From NCBI GenBank assembly GCA_965113315.1, contig OZ220363.1: a DNA stretch of 64,000 nt; one strand, 5' to 3'. The number at the start of each line of letters is the position of its first letter. Within the stretch, counting starts at the first letter, position 1. The translations under genes were made by a program, and so were the position numbers. This document shows, piece after piece, positions 37,957 to 51,482 of the stretch. The notes below the pieces were generated by a model, which was not told the origin of the DNA, did not search any database, and was given only the letters and a program-made list of their open reading frames with translations. The DNA is from Podarcis vaucheri. Lineage: Eukaryota.

Positions 37957-39007
37957 TCATCTTTACAGCTGCTATTCTTCCCAACAAGGAAAGTTTTAGT
38001 CTTGACCAAGTTTCTAAATCTTTTTTGATTTCTGACCAACTTTTCTCATAATTGTCTTTAAATAAGTTCAAGTTTTTACCAGACAAATTGACCCCCAGGT
38101 ATTTCACCTTTTTAACCACATTTAGCTCCGTTTCTTTCTGAAACCCCTCTATTTCTGAAGGTGTCAAGTTTTTCCCCAAAACCTTAGTTTTTTGTTTATT
38201 CAGCTTAAATGCCCACACCCGACCAAACTCATTAATTAGTTCTAAGGCTCTTTTTGTACTAGATTCTGGCTCCTGTAATGTTAAAACCAAATCATCCGCA
38301 AAAGCTTTCAATTTATATTGTTTCGCTCCGACCTGTATTCCTTCCACTAACTGGTCCTTCCTAATCAAATTGAGCAGCACCTCCAGGACTGAAATAAATA
38401 AAAGGGGGGATAAGGGGCACCCCTGTCGTGTCCCTTTTTCAATCTTAAACTCTTCTGTCACCACATTGTTCACTATAAGTTTAGCCTTTTGCTCTGAGTA
38501 GATTGCTTCTATACCATTTTGGAACGCTCGTCCCACTCCCATCCCTTCCAAATTTCTCTTCATAAATTTCCAAGATATGTTGTCAAAGGCCTTCTCCGCA
38601 TCTATGAAAATTAACACTGCTTTCGTATTCATATTTGTCTGCAGCAACTCCAAAACATCAATAATGTTCCTGGAATTGTCAGACAGATGTCTACCCGGGA
38701 GAAAGCCTGCTTGGTCTTTATGAATAACTTCATTTAAAACTTTTTTAAGTCTACTTGCCAAAATATCAGTGAAAATTTTGTAATCCACGTTCAGGAGTGA
38801 GATGGGCCGGTAGTTCTTAAGTTGAGTCTTTTCAGATTCCAATTTTGGTATCAAAGTGATGAACGCTTCTTTCCACGATTCTGGTGCCCCCCTCCCCTCC
38901 ATAATTTGGTTGCACACCTCCATTAATGGCTGGATCAGATAGTCTTTCAGTGTCTTATAATACTTGGAGGTAAGTCCATCTGGGCCTGGAGATTTGCCCA
39001 ATTGCAT
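37847..39007 (-). pseudogene. L1 ORF2 reverse transcriptase domain (truncated; frameshift near 37920)
   Basis: KSPGPDG, YRPISLLNVDYKI, DQAGF, DAEKAFD, GTRQGCPLSPLLF, FADDL, KYLG motifs; no endonuclease domain. Confidence 0.95.
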
Positions 39008-39141
39008 GTTCTGAATGGCACTTTCAATTTCCTGTTGTGTTATTCTGTAATTCAGGGTTGTTTGTTTGTCTTGGGATAATTTTTGCAGTCCATTACTTTT
39101 TATAAATTGATTTATCTCAGTTTCTGCCTGGGGTCCTTGAG

Positions 39142-39297
39142 TGGGCCAGTCGCACTTCTTTGAAGTCTCTCAGCCCCACTCACCTCACAGAGTGTTTGTT
39201 GTGGGGGAGGAAGGGAAAGGAGAATGTTAGCTGCTTTGAGACTCCTTAAAGGGAGTGAAAGGCGGGATATCAAATCCAAACTCTTCTTCTTCTTCTT
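39142..39297 (+). mobile_element. Squam3-like SINE, 3' half
   Basis: gaagtctctcagccccactcacctcacagagtg...atcaaatccaaactc(TTC)n; collinear with intact copies at 21660 and 41476. Confidence 0.9.
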
Positions 39298-39374
39298 ATA
39301 ATTTTTAAACTTCTGTGTGAGGACAGATTCAGGCTCCAATCCAACAGGAAATGAGCACAGCATTGGGAGCCATA

Positions 39375-39729
39375 AAGGTAAAAGGGACCCCTGACCATTA
39401 GGTCCAGTCGTGGTCGACTCTGGGGTTGCGGCGCTCATCTCGGTTTATTGGCCGGGGGAGCCAGCGTACAGCTTCCGGGTCATGTGGCCAGCATGACTAA
39501 GCTGCTTCTGGCGAACCAGAGCAGTGCACGGAAACACCGTTTACCTTCCCACCAGAGCGGTACCTATTTATCTACTTGCACTTTGACATGCTTTCGAACT
39601 GCTAGGTTGGCAGGAGCAGGGACCGAGCAACGGAAGCTCACCCCGTTGCGGGGATTCGAACCGCCGACCTTCTGATCAGCAAGTCCTAGGCTCTGTGGTT
39701 TAACCCACAGCGCCACCCGCATCCCTTTT
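39375..39729 (-). mobile_element. Sauria SINE (full length)
   Basis: Closely similar to 8675-9032; 13-bp TSD attgggagccata. Confidence 0.96.
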
Positions 39730-41475
39730 ATTGGGAGCCATAGAGGAGCCTATAATCAGATTGACCAAACTTTGGCATGGTGATAGAATGAGACATTGAA
39801 TCCAGACTCGGTCAGCCTGCTGGCTATTGGAATACTACCTTCCTCCAGTTGCTGGATGGCAATCAGAAATCACTAACAGCATCCGTTTTCTTGTCCTTTC
39901 CCCATGCAGCTGGGGAGATTTGTATAGAAGCCCCTGCATTTGTAGCATCAGTGGTTAATTTGTGGCTCATTTTTTGGCTACAGGATTATCATAACATAGC
40001 TTTCCCCACTTATCCGATTCACGCTTATGTCCTTAACAAATTCTTGTGTAAAAAAAGAGAGAAAAATCCCATTAGCAATCTTACTTGAGATTTAACACAG
40101 CTCAAAAAGGCCCACATCCATAAAAATCCTGGAATTAGGAGCCAAACTGGAAAGCATATTTAATGGAAATATTTGTGGTTTATGGTTAAATAAGCCCATT
40201 TTCATAAAGATGCATGCTCAGTCTATTTTACTTAAATTGAGCCAACCAACTAAAAATTCATTTACTATTTTTATAGCAGTACAAGCATATTTATAATAGC
40301 AGGGAACACTTTTGTGTCTCTGCATGATATCTTAGAAAGAGGTGAATTTTCATTTATTTAATGCAAATATTCACACAAGGTAAACTGCTTAGGCATATAC
40401 GGAGCATGTTTTCATTGAAGCATTGTGGAAATAGGAAAATAATATAACATAATTGTACAATAAATGGAATGCAGCAGTTTCAAAATTACTTACACTAGAG
40501 TGTGGTGAAAAAGATTGAGATATTATTTGCAAGTTCAGGGTTGCTTTGCTTTACAATTGACTTCATTCTAGTATTATGTATATTTTAAGGAATATCTCAT
40601 CTTTTTGAACGAGAGAAATATCAACAGGGAAGGTATATCTGATCTCCTCTAAATACCTTAAAAGCTCTGATTTTGAATTTCTCTCTGTTTACAGAGAAGT
40701 CACAGGCATTATAAAACTGATGCATATTATGTCAAGCATGTTATCTTGTGTTTGGACCAATAAGGTGGCCAAAACACAGACCGTAAACATTCTGAGCTGG
40801 TTGCTGCTCTGCTATAAGGATTTGTGATACAACGATAGTTGATTTCAGCTTTTTGGAATTGTTCAGATTACTATTTAATTGGGGGGAAGAGGGCTTTACC
40901 TCTAGAATCAACTGCCTGAAATGAGTTATTCAGTCCACTGGCCTAATATGGTTGCTCTTTATATGACATGAAGGATTATAAGCAGAAATGGCATACCCAC
41001 AAAATGAATCAAATAGAAATGTTGAGCGACAATACAGCCTCTCATTGCTTCCTTTTCTGCTGCACATCTGTGTATGCTGCTCCATGTGTTGGATTCCTCC
41101 TGTGCTCGTGCCAGTTACCCCCTTCCCATCCACTGAGAGCTGTCTGGTTTGCAAGTACTCTGTGCCATGTTATATTGATTTGGCTGCAGATGGCATCAAA
41201 GTTCTTTAGCTCCTCTCTTTTGTGGCGTTGGCAGGCATTTAGAAATGAACATGCAGTAGCTAAAAAAAGAAAAAGAAAAAAAGACAGTGTGAGATGGGAA
41301 GGACGGAAGGGAGCCTAAGGGATTGTACTGTTGTTATAATGAGAAAACCCTAATAAACAATGAGTTAAAAAACCACAACCCTGGAATTGTAGGGCTGGTT
41401 GAAGGAGATGTCTTCGTAGAAAGTTATATCTGAGCTTTTCCCTTTTTTTGCCTGGAGATACAAGGCATGGAACCT

Positions 41476-41745
41476 GGTACTATAGTGGTTAAGAGCGGTA
41501 GACTCGTAATCTGGTGAACCGGGTTCAATTCCCCGCTCCTCCACATGCAGCTGCTGGGTGACCTTGGGCCAGTCACACTTCTCTGAAGTCTCTCAGCCCC
41601 ACTTACCTCACAGAGTGTTTGTTGTGAGGGAGGAAGGGAAAGGAGATTGTTAGCCTCTTTGAGACTCCTTAGGGTAGTGATAGAGCAGGATATCAAATCC
41701 AAACTCCTCCTCCTCCTCCTCCTCTTCTTCTTCTTCTTCTTCTTC
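41476..41745 (+). mobile_element. Squam3-like SINE with (TCC)n(TTC)n tail
   Basis: Collinear with the reverse complement of 21660-21902. Confidence 0.88.
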
Positions 41746-44580
41746 GGGCTTCCTGATGATACAGGCTCCAAAGTCTCTCTTTGCTATTGGGAAATGGAGG
41801 AGGGATGAACGGTTTTGGATTTAGGCCCTCGTCTATCACAAACAGGGAATGGCACTGGTGCTGCTTACTACTGCACGGGTCTTATCAACATCTATCCATA
41901 CAAATATAATAGGTTACATTAAGATTGCCAGGAAATATAGATTGACTTAGTGTTGTGCTTTTAAATAAGAACGGGCAACAAAAATTAGTTGGAAAGGTAT
42001 ATAAACACTCCAGGAGATCATTTGTGGCATTAAACATGAGTTCTGTTATCCAAGAGGGAACATAACCCTTGGAACATAACTGTGCAACAGGTAAAATGCA
42101 GTGGTTTTAAAATTCACATCAGATGTGACAGAGATGTTATTGTCCATGAGTATAAAAATATCTGACCCAAGTCAATTGGCAAGCATGTGGAGAATGACAT
42201 CACTTTTTTCATATGCAGAAGAATACCTATGAAGGAAATACTGACAGGATGTTGATAGAAGATGAAAGTCAAATACTATTCAGAGGTTTTGGGAGCTGGA
42301 AACTATTCTTTTACATCCCTCTCCTTTCTTCTTTATTTTTAATGCAGTGGTTACTTTTGTACGTGCAGGTCCTCAATCACTGGGAAAGAAACCCTTCACT
42401 ATGCAAAAATGCATAGAAGATTTAACAAGCAAATTGGCTCTCCCACCATCTAGATTTGTCCAAACGTCAGCCTCCTTGACCCCTTCCAGTATTTATGTTT
42501 AGTAGGCAAATGTAAGCTTAATTTCCAATGTCCTGTGGCTCTGCTGACATCTAAGCAAATGACAATAAAAGTTCACCACATCCCTAATTGGTAGACAACT
42601 TAAAAGAGGGGAAAAGAGAGAGAGAGAGAATAAAGATCAGACATATAATAAACACAACTGCTAAATGACTGGAGCTATGCTGAGAATAAATTTTAAACTC
42701 AAACCATGTTCAAATGTGATGCTTACTGACATATTGCCCTCAAGTCGTTACAGTATATAATAAAATATGCAAATCTAATGATAGCTTTGTTATAAATGAT
42801 GAGTTAAAGGGAAAGGGAGTTTGATAATAATTGTAATACCTATAATGAAACCATAATGTTAGTTTCCCCCCATTTAAGTTTATAAATGTATTTATTTTAA
42901 ACATAGCACTGGAATTGTTGACAGCACTTGCTGAATTCTAATGAAGACTCTATTCTGGATTTTTAAAAATAGACAGGCGTGTAGCAAGGGGAATAACCTG
43001 TGTTTTCTGGTGAGGGAGTTTAACACAGGTTATAACATGGAGCTATTGTGCGCAAAATAGATTACTCTGTGGGCCTCAACCATATAAAGGCCACTTGTTG
43101 GTACTGCTGGTCCTGTTAAAAATATAGTCTGATGGGGAATATTGCAGCTGGTTTGCACATTGAGTGGCATCTAATAAAATACTTACCATCCAACTTTTTC
43201 TGATGGAAAACTGGGATGTGAGTCTTCCAGGATGTGCTCCTGGGCGAGTCAAGTGACCCTCACTGCAGTCTCACTCCCCCAAGCACTTGGGGGGGGGGCA
43301 TAAGCTCAGCACAAGAGTGCACAAGATTGCAGTACCCAAAATGGCTGCCACAACCTCAACCAAAAAAAAGAGGGATGTCCCATTTTTTCCAGGGCACATC
43401 CAATCACAGATGATATCAGAACACTCCATAGGAAAAGCCCTGCTGAATCAGATCAAAGGCACATCTAGAGACCCTCATCCTGTTCTCACAGTGGGTCGCC
43501 AGATTCCTATGGGAAGCCAATACATGACCAAAATGATTTGGCTATGTGATAACATCAGTAACAGAAGAGTTTGTGTGAGATCAAGGACCTTGCAATGGCC
43601 TTTAAACACCTCTTAAAACTTTATATATTTGCTCAAGCTTGCCTAGACTCTTGGTTCTTAATCTTGAACACTGCTCAGTTTTATTTGTGATATACAGTTG
43701 TGTTTCATTCTTATCTCATTTTTATCCAGTTTGCAGCAGGTTTTAGCGATAGCTACTGTTGTCTTTTTGATGTTAATCGCTTAGACATTTTTATTATATT
43801 AAGCAGTATAATTTCTAAGTGCCTAATAAAATAAATAAATAAATGCAATAAGAATAATAAAGATACATAAGAAGTGCAGAAGAATAATCAAAAGGAGAAA
43901 GTATCTTTGATGAAAATATTCTCTTTGAAATTTATGGTTTTAAATGCCCCAAGCGTTCAAGATAAAGTAGACAACATAACATTTAACAATTAAAATAATT
44001 TACACTGTTTATGAATGTGCTGCATGCAAAAAATAAAAAAATAACAAATGCTTATGTGATCCAATTACATGAAATATTTATTGGTGCTCTAGTACATTCA
44101 TGGACCCACCAGGATTTCCCAGTTCACTTCAATGTTAAGAACTCTACACATGCAAAGGAAATGTATACTGAACTGACATTGCACACTGACGTGAAATCAA
44201 ATGGGGGATTGCTGTCTAAATATTACTTACACATTGGAACTTGCCTGAACCACCGGAGTATCTGACTCAGTTGGCTTCTACTATATTCTACTACAGAGAC
44301 TGATTAAAAAATATCCCAGTCCTTGAAAAAGCCATAGCAGGGGGTTTAGAAACTTTGAGAGGATGCAGAGTCCAAATGCACAGCCCAGAATGCCTATGCC
44401 TGAATGACGGCCATTATATTTCTGACTGTGGTTGTTGCACTCTGTAGAAGACATCAGTTAAGAGGGTTCATAACATTCTGGAGTATGTTTGGGAGGATTG
44501 AGGTGAGAAAGATGGTCTCTAGGGCATTAAGAAAAGCACTGACACAACATTTGGGATAATACCCCATAAGACTTGAAATA

Positions 44581-44795
44581 GAGTGGCACCTCGGGTTAAG
44601 AACTTAATTCGTTCCGGAGGTCCATTCTTAACCTGAAACTGTTCTTAACCTGAGGTACAACTTTAGCTAATGGGGCCTCCCGCTGCCACCATGCAATTTC
44701 TGTTCTTATCCTGAAGCAAAGTTCTTAACCCGAGGTACTATTTCTGGGTTAGCGGAGTCTGTAACCTGAAGCATCTGTAACCCGAGGTACCACTG
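44581..44795. mobile_element. Tigger-like MITE
   Basis: TIR gagtggcacctcgggtta / taacccgaggtaccactg; TA flanks. Confidence 0.9.
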
Positions 44796-46982
44796 TACTA
44801 CAATTCTGACAAATAAGTCCTCAGGTGGAAGTTCTTTAGTAAATCCTAATAGTCTGACTTAGCATTAAGTGTGAGCTGAGCCTGTGTGTTCCTCTCTCAC
44901 AGAGAAAAATATATAATTCCTGTGTGCAGATAGAACAATTGACCATTGGCTTAAAATAAAGGGAGGCTAAAAACCATCTATCAGAAAGGTTTCTAACTAT
45001 CTTAGTCTCCCCAGTCAGTTTTCTCATAAAAACACAATTAAAGGGATAGATGTTGGCAGCTTTTAATTTCTTTTTTTAATACAACATCCTGTTGATGCAA
45101 ATAGTCCTGATCCAACATCACACTTATGCCAATGCCAGGTCTACATGCACACAGCACTATTCAGATACATGCAATTCATCTCTCTCTCTCTCTCTCTCTG
45201 CCTTACGTCCAAAATGAATCCAAGGTGGCTAACTTTTGTTTGTTTGTTTTAAGTTTAAAACCAGTGTAAAAACCGCATATTCACACAGCAGCAACAAGCA
45301 ATGCAGTAATTAAAAATGAAACAGCATTTGAATTAGGAAAGGTAAATATCTGCCCAAAGACTTTTTCGAAGAACCAGTATTTTACTAGTCTCCTAAAATG
45401 GAAAAGAGGTGGAACAATAGCACAAATAAGCTGTTTGAAGGTCGTACACCCAGCCCTTGCTTCCACTGAGAACAGCTGAATGTGGGGCTATATGCATGAA
45501 CTCCCAACTTGTGATTCAATAGGGCAATCCTATCCATACCTCTTCATCCTCATAATTCCTAATCCACCTAGGGATATGCAGAAGTCTGTTTAGATGCAGG
45601 TTTGGCCCCTAGTTGGAACATGGTGTGCACACTTGTTTTATATGAAAAGTTACATAATGTATGATGGATCTATATTATAAATACTTGTTTCTGTAACACA
45701 AGCTAAATTGAATTTAATGTCCTGTACAATATTAGCAAGCCAGGAAACTCCTATTCAGTCAGCCAAAATGAGTACAGCTCTCCATAATATTTCAAATAAA
45801 TTTCAGTGCGTACGAACTGTCACAAGTGGTGGACAGGATGTATGTAAAACAATTCCAAGGTTTTATACAAAACAAGTGTGGTCTAAATGGAGAAATTGGT
45901 ATACATGCACCCCCTCCCCAGTACTAATTTCCCACTATGCTCAGTGGAAAATTAATCCATTTTAGAAAGCAAATGATAGGGGTGATGTTTATTCTTTGCC
46001 ACACCAGGATTCACAAGAAAATAAAGGCTAAATCGTTTTATCAAAAAGTATTTAACGTGTATTTAAAGACTGGACACTTCCTCCCTTCTGAGTGAATAAC
46101 ACAAAGATCCTGTGAGGCATTCTAGTTGACAACACCTGTGATGAATTATTTGTAAATGTAATGAATTACATTACTAGGGGCATGTCAAATTATACGTCGA
46201 TAATGAATTTTTGGATGCATCTGCTATGTAATTGTTCCCAGCGGACATGTATTCATCTTCACCTGGCATTATTTTCCTGATTTTTGTGGGTTTTTTTAAT
46301 TATGCATTTTCATTCCTATCATAATTGTTACCGTGATCCCTGTTCCTTTGTTCTAATCAGGTCCCTTTAATGCGTTGCATATTCTGAACAAAAGAGGAGG
46401 GGGGAAAACACACACACACACACACAAGGATATTGGCTAAACAAAACACTGGCCTTTATGTGTTACTGTGTAACTGCCTGCTTGGCTTCAGAAGGTTGGG
46501 TGGTGTTGACAGGGGGGATCAGTTGTTTTCCTGCCTGTATCTGCCAGCTGCTGCAAGCAGTGTATTCTGAAGCCCTACAAAAAGAATAAATGTTAAAAGC
46601 TGGGCTGATGACAGATATGCTTGCACTGCCCTTACTTGGTCTATCTTTGATTTTTAATAAGGCAAATAAAGCAAATTGAGAGTGTAAACCAGCCTGTGAC
46701 TCACCCTGACTTTTGTTATGGAAACAATCTGAAAGACAGAGGGAGGGAGAAATCTGTCATTGGTTTATGGCTACAGAGAGAAGCAGCCTTGTCTTAATGG
46801 TGCACCCACAAACCTTTCAAATAAGGCTATGTTTGCTATCCAGAGTTGATGTCCACTTCACAAATTCATTTCACATAGGGAAGTCTGGTCATTCATGCTG
46901 GAGACAACAGATAAAATAATCAAGGCCTTGTGTGAAGAACAACAATGGTGTATGGATGGATGGATGTATTTACTTACTTACT

Positions 46983-47013
<31 letters not shown>

Positions 47014-48484
47014 AACAAACAAGGAAATCCCCTGCTCCTCTTGCCATAATCAGACAGGCACCATCTTTATTGTCATTCCAGTGCCTCCCTTTGAAGGCCC
47101 AGTTTGTACCTGTACAGTATTGAAAATGTGTTGATTTTTGTTTTATAAATTGTACATTGTTCTGGATGTTTTAAATTGCAGCTTTACTAGGGTACGGACT
47201 GTGTTGCCTGCCATATACCCAGACGTCAATAGTCAAATAGACTTTGAGGATGGTAGCCATGTGACCACATGAGAGCTTATGCCATACATTTCTCTGAAAA
47301 CATGCCCAATGTGTATGTGTGTGCTGAGGAGGGAGGGAGAGGTAAAACCACATTGGGGGTGTTTTATTGCTACCAACAAGCTGTGGTGCTGAATGTTTCA
47401 AATGTAACAGCTCAAATGAAGAAGATGTGTTCGTTTACATCATCCATTCCACAGGTAAATATTTCTGCCATTTGTAACATGGTCGTGAAAAATCAACAGA
47501 TCTCCCTAACAATCTGGTGCTGCTCCACACACAACTGGCATGAGGTCCTCATGAAATTATTTGAAAGTGGTAACCAAACTCTACTTTGTTTATGCCAGCT
47601 GAGCCTGAGATGCTTAGTTTCTACCTTTGTATCCATCCTGAATATCTTGATTGGGTTCCAAGCCTTACCCCCAGGCAGGAACACAAATAAGTTCCATGTA
47701 TTCAGTTTTCTTCTGAGGAAAGCTCCCCATGCTTCACGAGGTGCCACTCAGAATGTTTTCCCATTTTCTGGGGTTGGGGAAGATGTCAGAGACTGGTGCT
47801 GGAAGGAAGAGCTCCACATGAATGAATGGATGCTGTCTGCAGCACAGCATATCCCATCCTTTAAAAATTCAGGACTGCTTGCATCCAGAATTTGGGTCTA
47901 ATATTTTTCATAAAAAAACATCAGGCAATTAAAGAATGTCTCTTCATTTTCCTAGCATGTATCTAGTGCTATCCCGTGAAAATAGGTTTGTGGCTCACGT
48001 GGTGCAAAATACTTTATCTCTTTTGTTCAAAGCTACGTTGGATGGCTTTGATTTCCTTACATTTGTGTATTCTTTATAATATTCATAGTTGCTTGAAGAG
48101 CTATAACGGCATTATATCAGACTGAGATGTTTTGGCCAGCAATTGCACTGGGCCCTTTATATTTTGTAATCTGTCAAACCCTGCTCCTGCCCATTAACCT
48201 TTTATTTCAAGGAAAACTTATGAAGAAGTGGTGCTTGGTAGGCAGTACATCTAGAGACAACTTCCTCTGCCTCTGGACATGTGAAAAATTAATCTATCAG
48301 GAGTGATTTGGGGGTAATGATGACCCTACCCAAGTTCCTGGGTACTCCTCATAGTCCAAAAAGGCTTTCAGTGTTGACCGTAAATACATTTTTTTTAACC
48401 CTCCTCCATTTGATCCAACCCCAACCATATCACAGACTGGAATGTCCAGGTCTGATATAGTGATATCTATGCAGATGTTTAGAA

Positions 48485-48620
48485 CAGGGGTTGGAAACCT
48501 GCCCTCTTCCAGATGTTAGATTCCCAAGTCCTACCACTCCCAACCAACATGGTCGATGATTAGCAATGTTGGGAGCTGGAGTCCATCAACATCTGGAGGG
48601 CCTCTTGCTCCCCACCCATG
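48485..48620. mobile_element. Short palindromic hAT MITE
   Basis: caggggttgg...ccagatgtt...aacatctgg...ccccacccatg; TSD gtttagaa / gtctataa. Confidence 0.75.
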
Positions 48621-48635
48621 GTCTATAATGCATTA

Positions 48636-48990
48636 AAGGTAAAGGTAAAGGGACCCCTGACTGTTAGGTCCAGTCACAGACGACTCTGGGGTTGCAGTGC
48701 TCATCTCGCTTTATTGGCCGAGGGAGCCGGTGTACAGCTTCCGGGTCATGTGGCGAGCATGACTAAGCCGCTTCTGGCGAACCAGAGCAGTGCACGGAAA
48801 CGCCGTTTACCTTCCTGCCAGAGCGGTACCTATTTATCTACTTGCAGTTCGTGCTTTCGAACTGCTAGGTTGGCAGGAACAGGGACCAAGCAATGGGAGC
48901 TCACTCCGTCATGGGGAATCGAACCACCGACCTTCCGATCGGCAAGCCCTAGGCTCTGTGGTTTAACCCACAGCATCACCCACATCCCAC
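48636..48990 (-). mobile_element. Sauria SINE (full length)
   Basis: aaaggtaaaggt tail and body like the other copies; 13-bp TSD ctataatgcatta. Confidence 0.96.
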
Positions 48991-49309
48991 CTATAATGCA
49001 TTACGCAATGGCATATGTTGCAGAAGGTATTAGTAAAAGCTGAAATGCAGAAAAGAGAAAAAAGAGCAAATAATTAATAATTTGAAAATCTATTTCAGGA
49101 AAGCGAGCTGAAAGAAGCCTGCTCAGTCTGTGTTTTGGGTCAAAAAAATTCTCTTTTCTGCACATAAACAACTTTAACCACCACAAAGATGCAGATTTCA
49201 CTGGTACAAATAATATCTTTATAATACTCATCTTGAACTAAATGTAGATGTTTCCATTCCCCCCGCCACAAATATATTTGCAACATATTTATTTTTAATG
49301 TTTGATATT

Positions 49310-49395
49310 CTACTATGTTTTATATATGCTGTAAGTTGCCCAGAGTGGCTGGGGAAACCCAGCCAGATGGGTGGGGTATAAATAACAAAAATTAT
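49310..49395 (+). mobile_element. L2 extreme 3' end fragment
   Basis: gcccagagtggctggggaaacccagccagatgggtggggtataaataa tail shared with 17201 and 29586. Confidence 0.8.
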
Positions 49396-50954
49396 TTGTT
49401 TGTTTGTTTGTCTTTACATCATTACAAATGTCTGTCAAGCCTGAAGGCAAGTAGATGCTCTCTGACCAAGATAAAATAAAATATTGTATTGTCTCTACAC
49501 AATTTCTTTTCACACCCAATGAAAACATTCTTCCCTTTTCACAGCTTTGCCAACACAGTGTATATTTAGGGTTATTGAATTGTAAGACCATCTTGGCTGT
49601 GAGTCCTGGAAGACCTACTCCCTGCTTTGCTCGCCTTTCCCCATGTGACCCGAGAGGGCAGGGCCCTGGCTGACTCAGTTACAAAAGCTAAGGCGGCTGA
49701 ACAGACACTTGGGCTGGGGTGTTGTTTGGGGTCTTGTTGTTGCTGTTGATTTTTTGTACATTTATTTTAGATTTGGTTATTTTATGTCTTTATTTTAGAT
49801 CTAGAAATTATTCAATTTGGTTGTTTATTTTTTATGTTTCATTTATTGTTTATGACTACTTTTGTTATGTTGTAGTTTGGCATTTTTCATGTTGTAAGCT
49901 GCTTTGAGCATAGTTTGAACTGTGGAAAGGTGGCATAGAAATAAAATTGTGTATGTAAGAGAGAAAAAATACAAACACTTAAAAATGTGCCTACTGAGTG
50001 AAAGATTCACTAGGTGGGAAAGTTCTTAAATTTCATTTTAGTCTGTTTCCCATCTATCGTTACCTTCAACAACAAAATAATTTTCTGATTTGTGGGCTCC
50101 ATAATTTTGTGTATGGTTAATATACCCATCAGAGGCTGATAGTATCACAATTTTGGAATCAGCAATTGAGGCGGCTTATCCCTTTTGAATGAGAAAACAA
50201 TCCACATTTTAACTCATGTGGGAATTCTTCAATACCAAGAGGATGTTGCCTGATTGTGTCTAAAACCAATAAAAGAAAAATCAAGTGGCTCAGTTGACAA
50301 AAGCTGTAATGAAATAAATGCCACTTTCTTGATTATGATAAACCAATTAAATCTAATTTCTGTTCTGTTTCCATACATAAGCAACAGCTGTACACGCTAT
50401 CCATGGGTAATTAATTGCTTCCAACTGCCTGCCAGTGAAAATGATAGTTCTTTACATTGATGACACAACACAACATGTGCCCCTAAACACATTAGGGTAT
50501 ATCATATGATTACACAATATGCCATAGGGATTTACAGAGCAGGCAACAGATTTAGATCAAAACAGGCAAAATATGCAAGCTTTGCTCAACATGACTGGCA
50601 AAGAAGGAATGTAGCACATCCTGGAGACGTCAAAAGCTTCTTCAGTTCAGAAGGCATGGGCAGCCAAGGAAAGGTACCTTGAAAACCGTTAGGGAATGCC
50701 TCCACCTTTTGGTGTAATTATTTCAACATGTCAAGAAGGAGGGTGAAAGGTTAGAGGGTGCCCCCAAACAGAAACAGTGTGGCACAGGATAGCCCTATGT
50801 CCAACCCCATATACAACCTGGAAATACAACCCCACTGCCTGTTGTGTTTATTACACAGCACTAGCAGAGGGACGCAATTGGCCCAACTCCCAGGGACATG
50901 CTTTTTTTATTTCTAAAGCAAGGGCTGGGAACATTGTTGCTGTTGCTGTTGATT

Positions 50955-51203
50955 AAATTTTCACAGGATGGTTCACAACATAAAAATACAAAATGAGAAC
51001 ACAAAATACACAATAAAGCAAAAGCAAACAAAAAACCCCTCTCTCACACACATTTAAAAGGCCATAGAACATTAATCATCCAAAGGCCTGGTTATAAAGG
51101 AATGTTTCCGCCTGGCGCCAAAGACATATAATGAAGGCACAAGGCACGAATCACTGAGGAAAGCATTCCACAAGCGAGGCGCTACTACAGAAAAGGCCCA
51201 TTC
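50955..51203 (-). mobile_element. Old L2 3' fragment
   Basis: Minus strand gggccttttctgtagtagcgcctcgcttgtggaatgctt (RAFSVVAP.LWNA) followed by a 3' UTR. Confidence 0.65.
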
Positions 51204-51273
51204 TATTTATCTATCTGTCTATATGATCCAACCTATTCTTACTTTGTTTTTTGTTTATTTGTTCTTGTTTATT

Positions 51274-51482
51274 TGTTTAGGGAAGCTTTTAATGTTTATT
51301 TATTTGTTTAGGGAAGCTTTTAATGTTTATTTATTTGTTTAGGGAAGCTTTTAATGTTTATTTATTTGTTTAGGGAAGCTTTTAATGTTTAACAGACCAC
51401 TGTATTGTAATATTTTGTTGGAGGCCACCCAGAGTGGCTGGTGAAACCCAGCAAGATGGGTGGGGTATAATAAATTAATAAA
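51274..51482 (+). mobile_element. L2 3' fragment preceded by four tandem copies of a 31-bp junction unit
   Basis: (tgtttagggaagcttttaatgtttatttatt)x3 plus a fourth copy running into the L2 tail; 18-bp TSD tatttgttcttgtttatt at 51256-51273 and 51483-51500. Confidence 0.88.

Larger units (their letters stand above)
36245..39141 (-). mobile_element. L1-clade LINE, 5'-truncated (about 2.9 kb)
   Basis: ORF2 RT plus C-terminal domain, 3' UTR with AATAAA (36269-36274 on minus) and A-rich tail; 21-bp TSD tgggccagtcgcacttctttg at 36224-36244 and 39142-39162. Confidence 0.97.

Noticed and set aside
36664-39007. Two long ORFs (386 and 430 aa) as a host gene or a novel RT system
   Set aside because: Typical L1 ORF2 motifs with A-rich tail and TSD; a truncated, frameshifted retrotransposon
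47269-47901. 210-aa ORF
   Set aside because: No recognisable domain or convincing splice context; probably a chance ORF
51274-51390. 31-bp direct repeats as a CRISPR-like array
   Set aside because: No unique spacers, vertebrate context, and the unit derives from an L2/target junction
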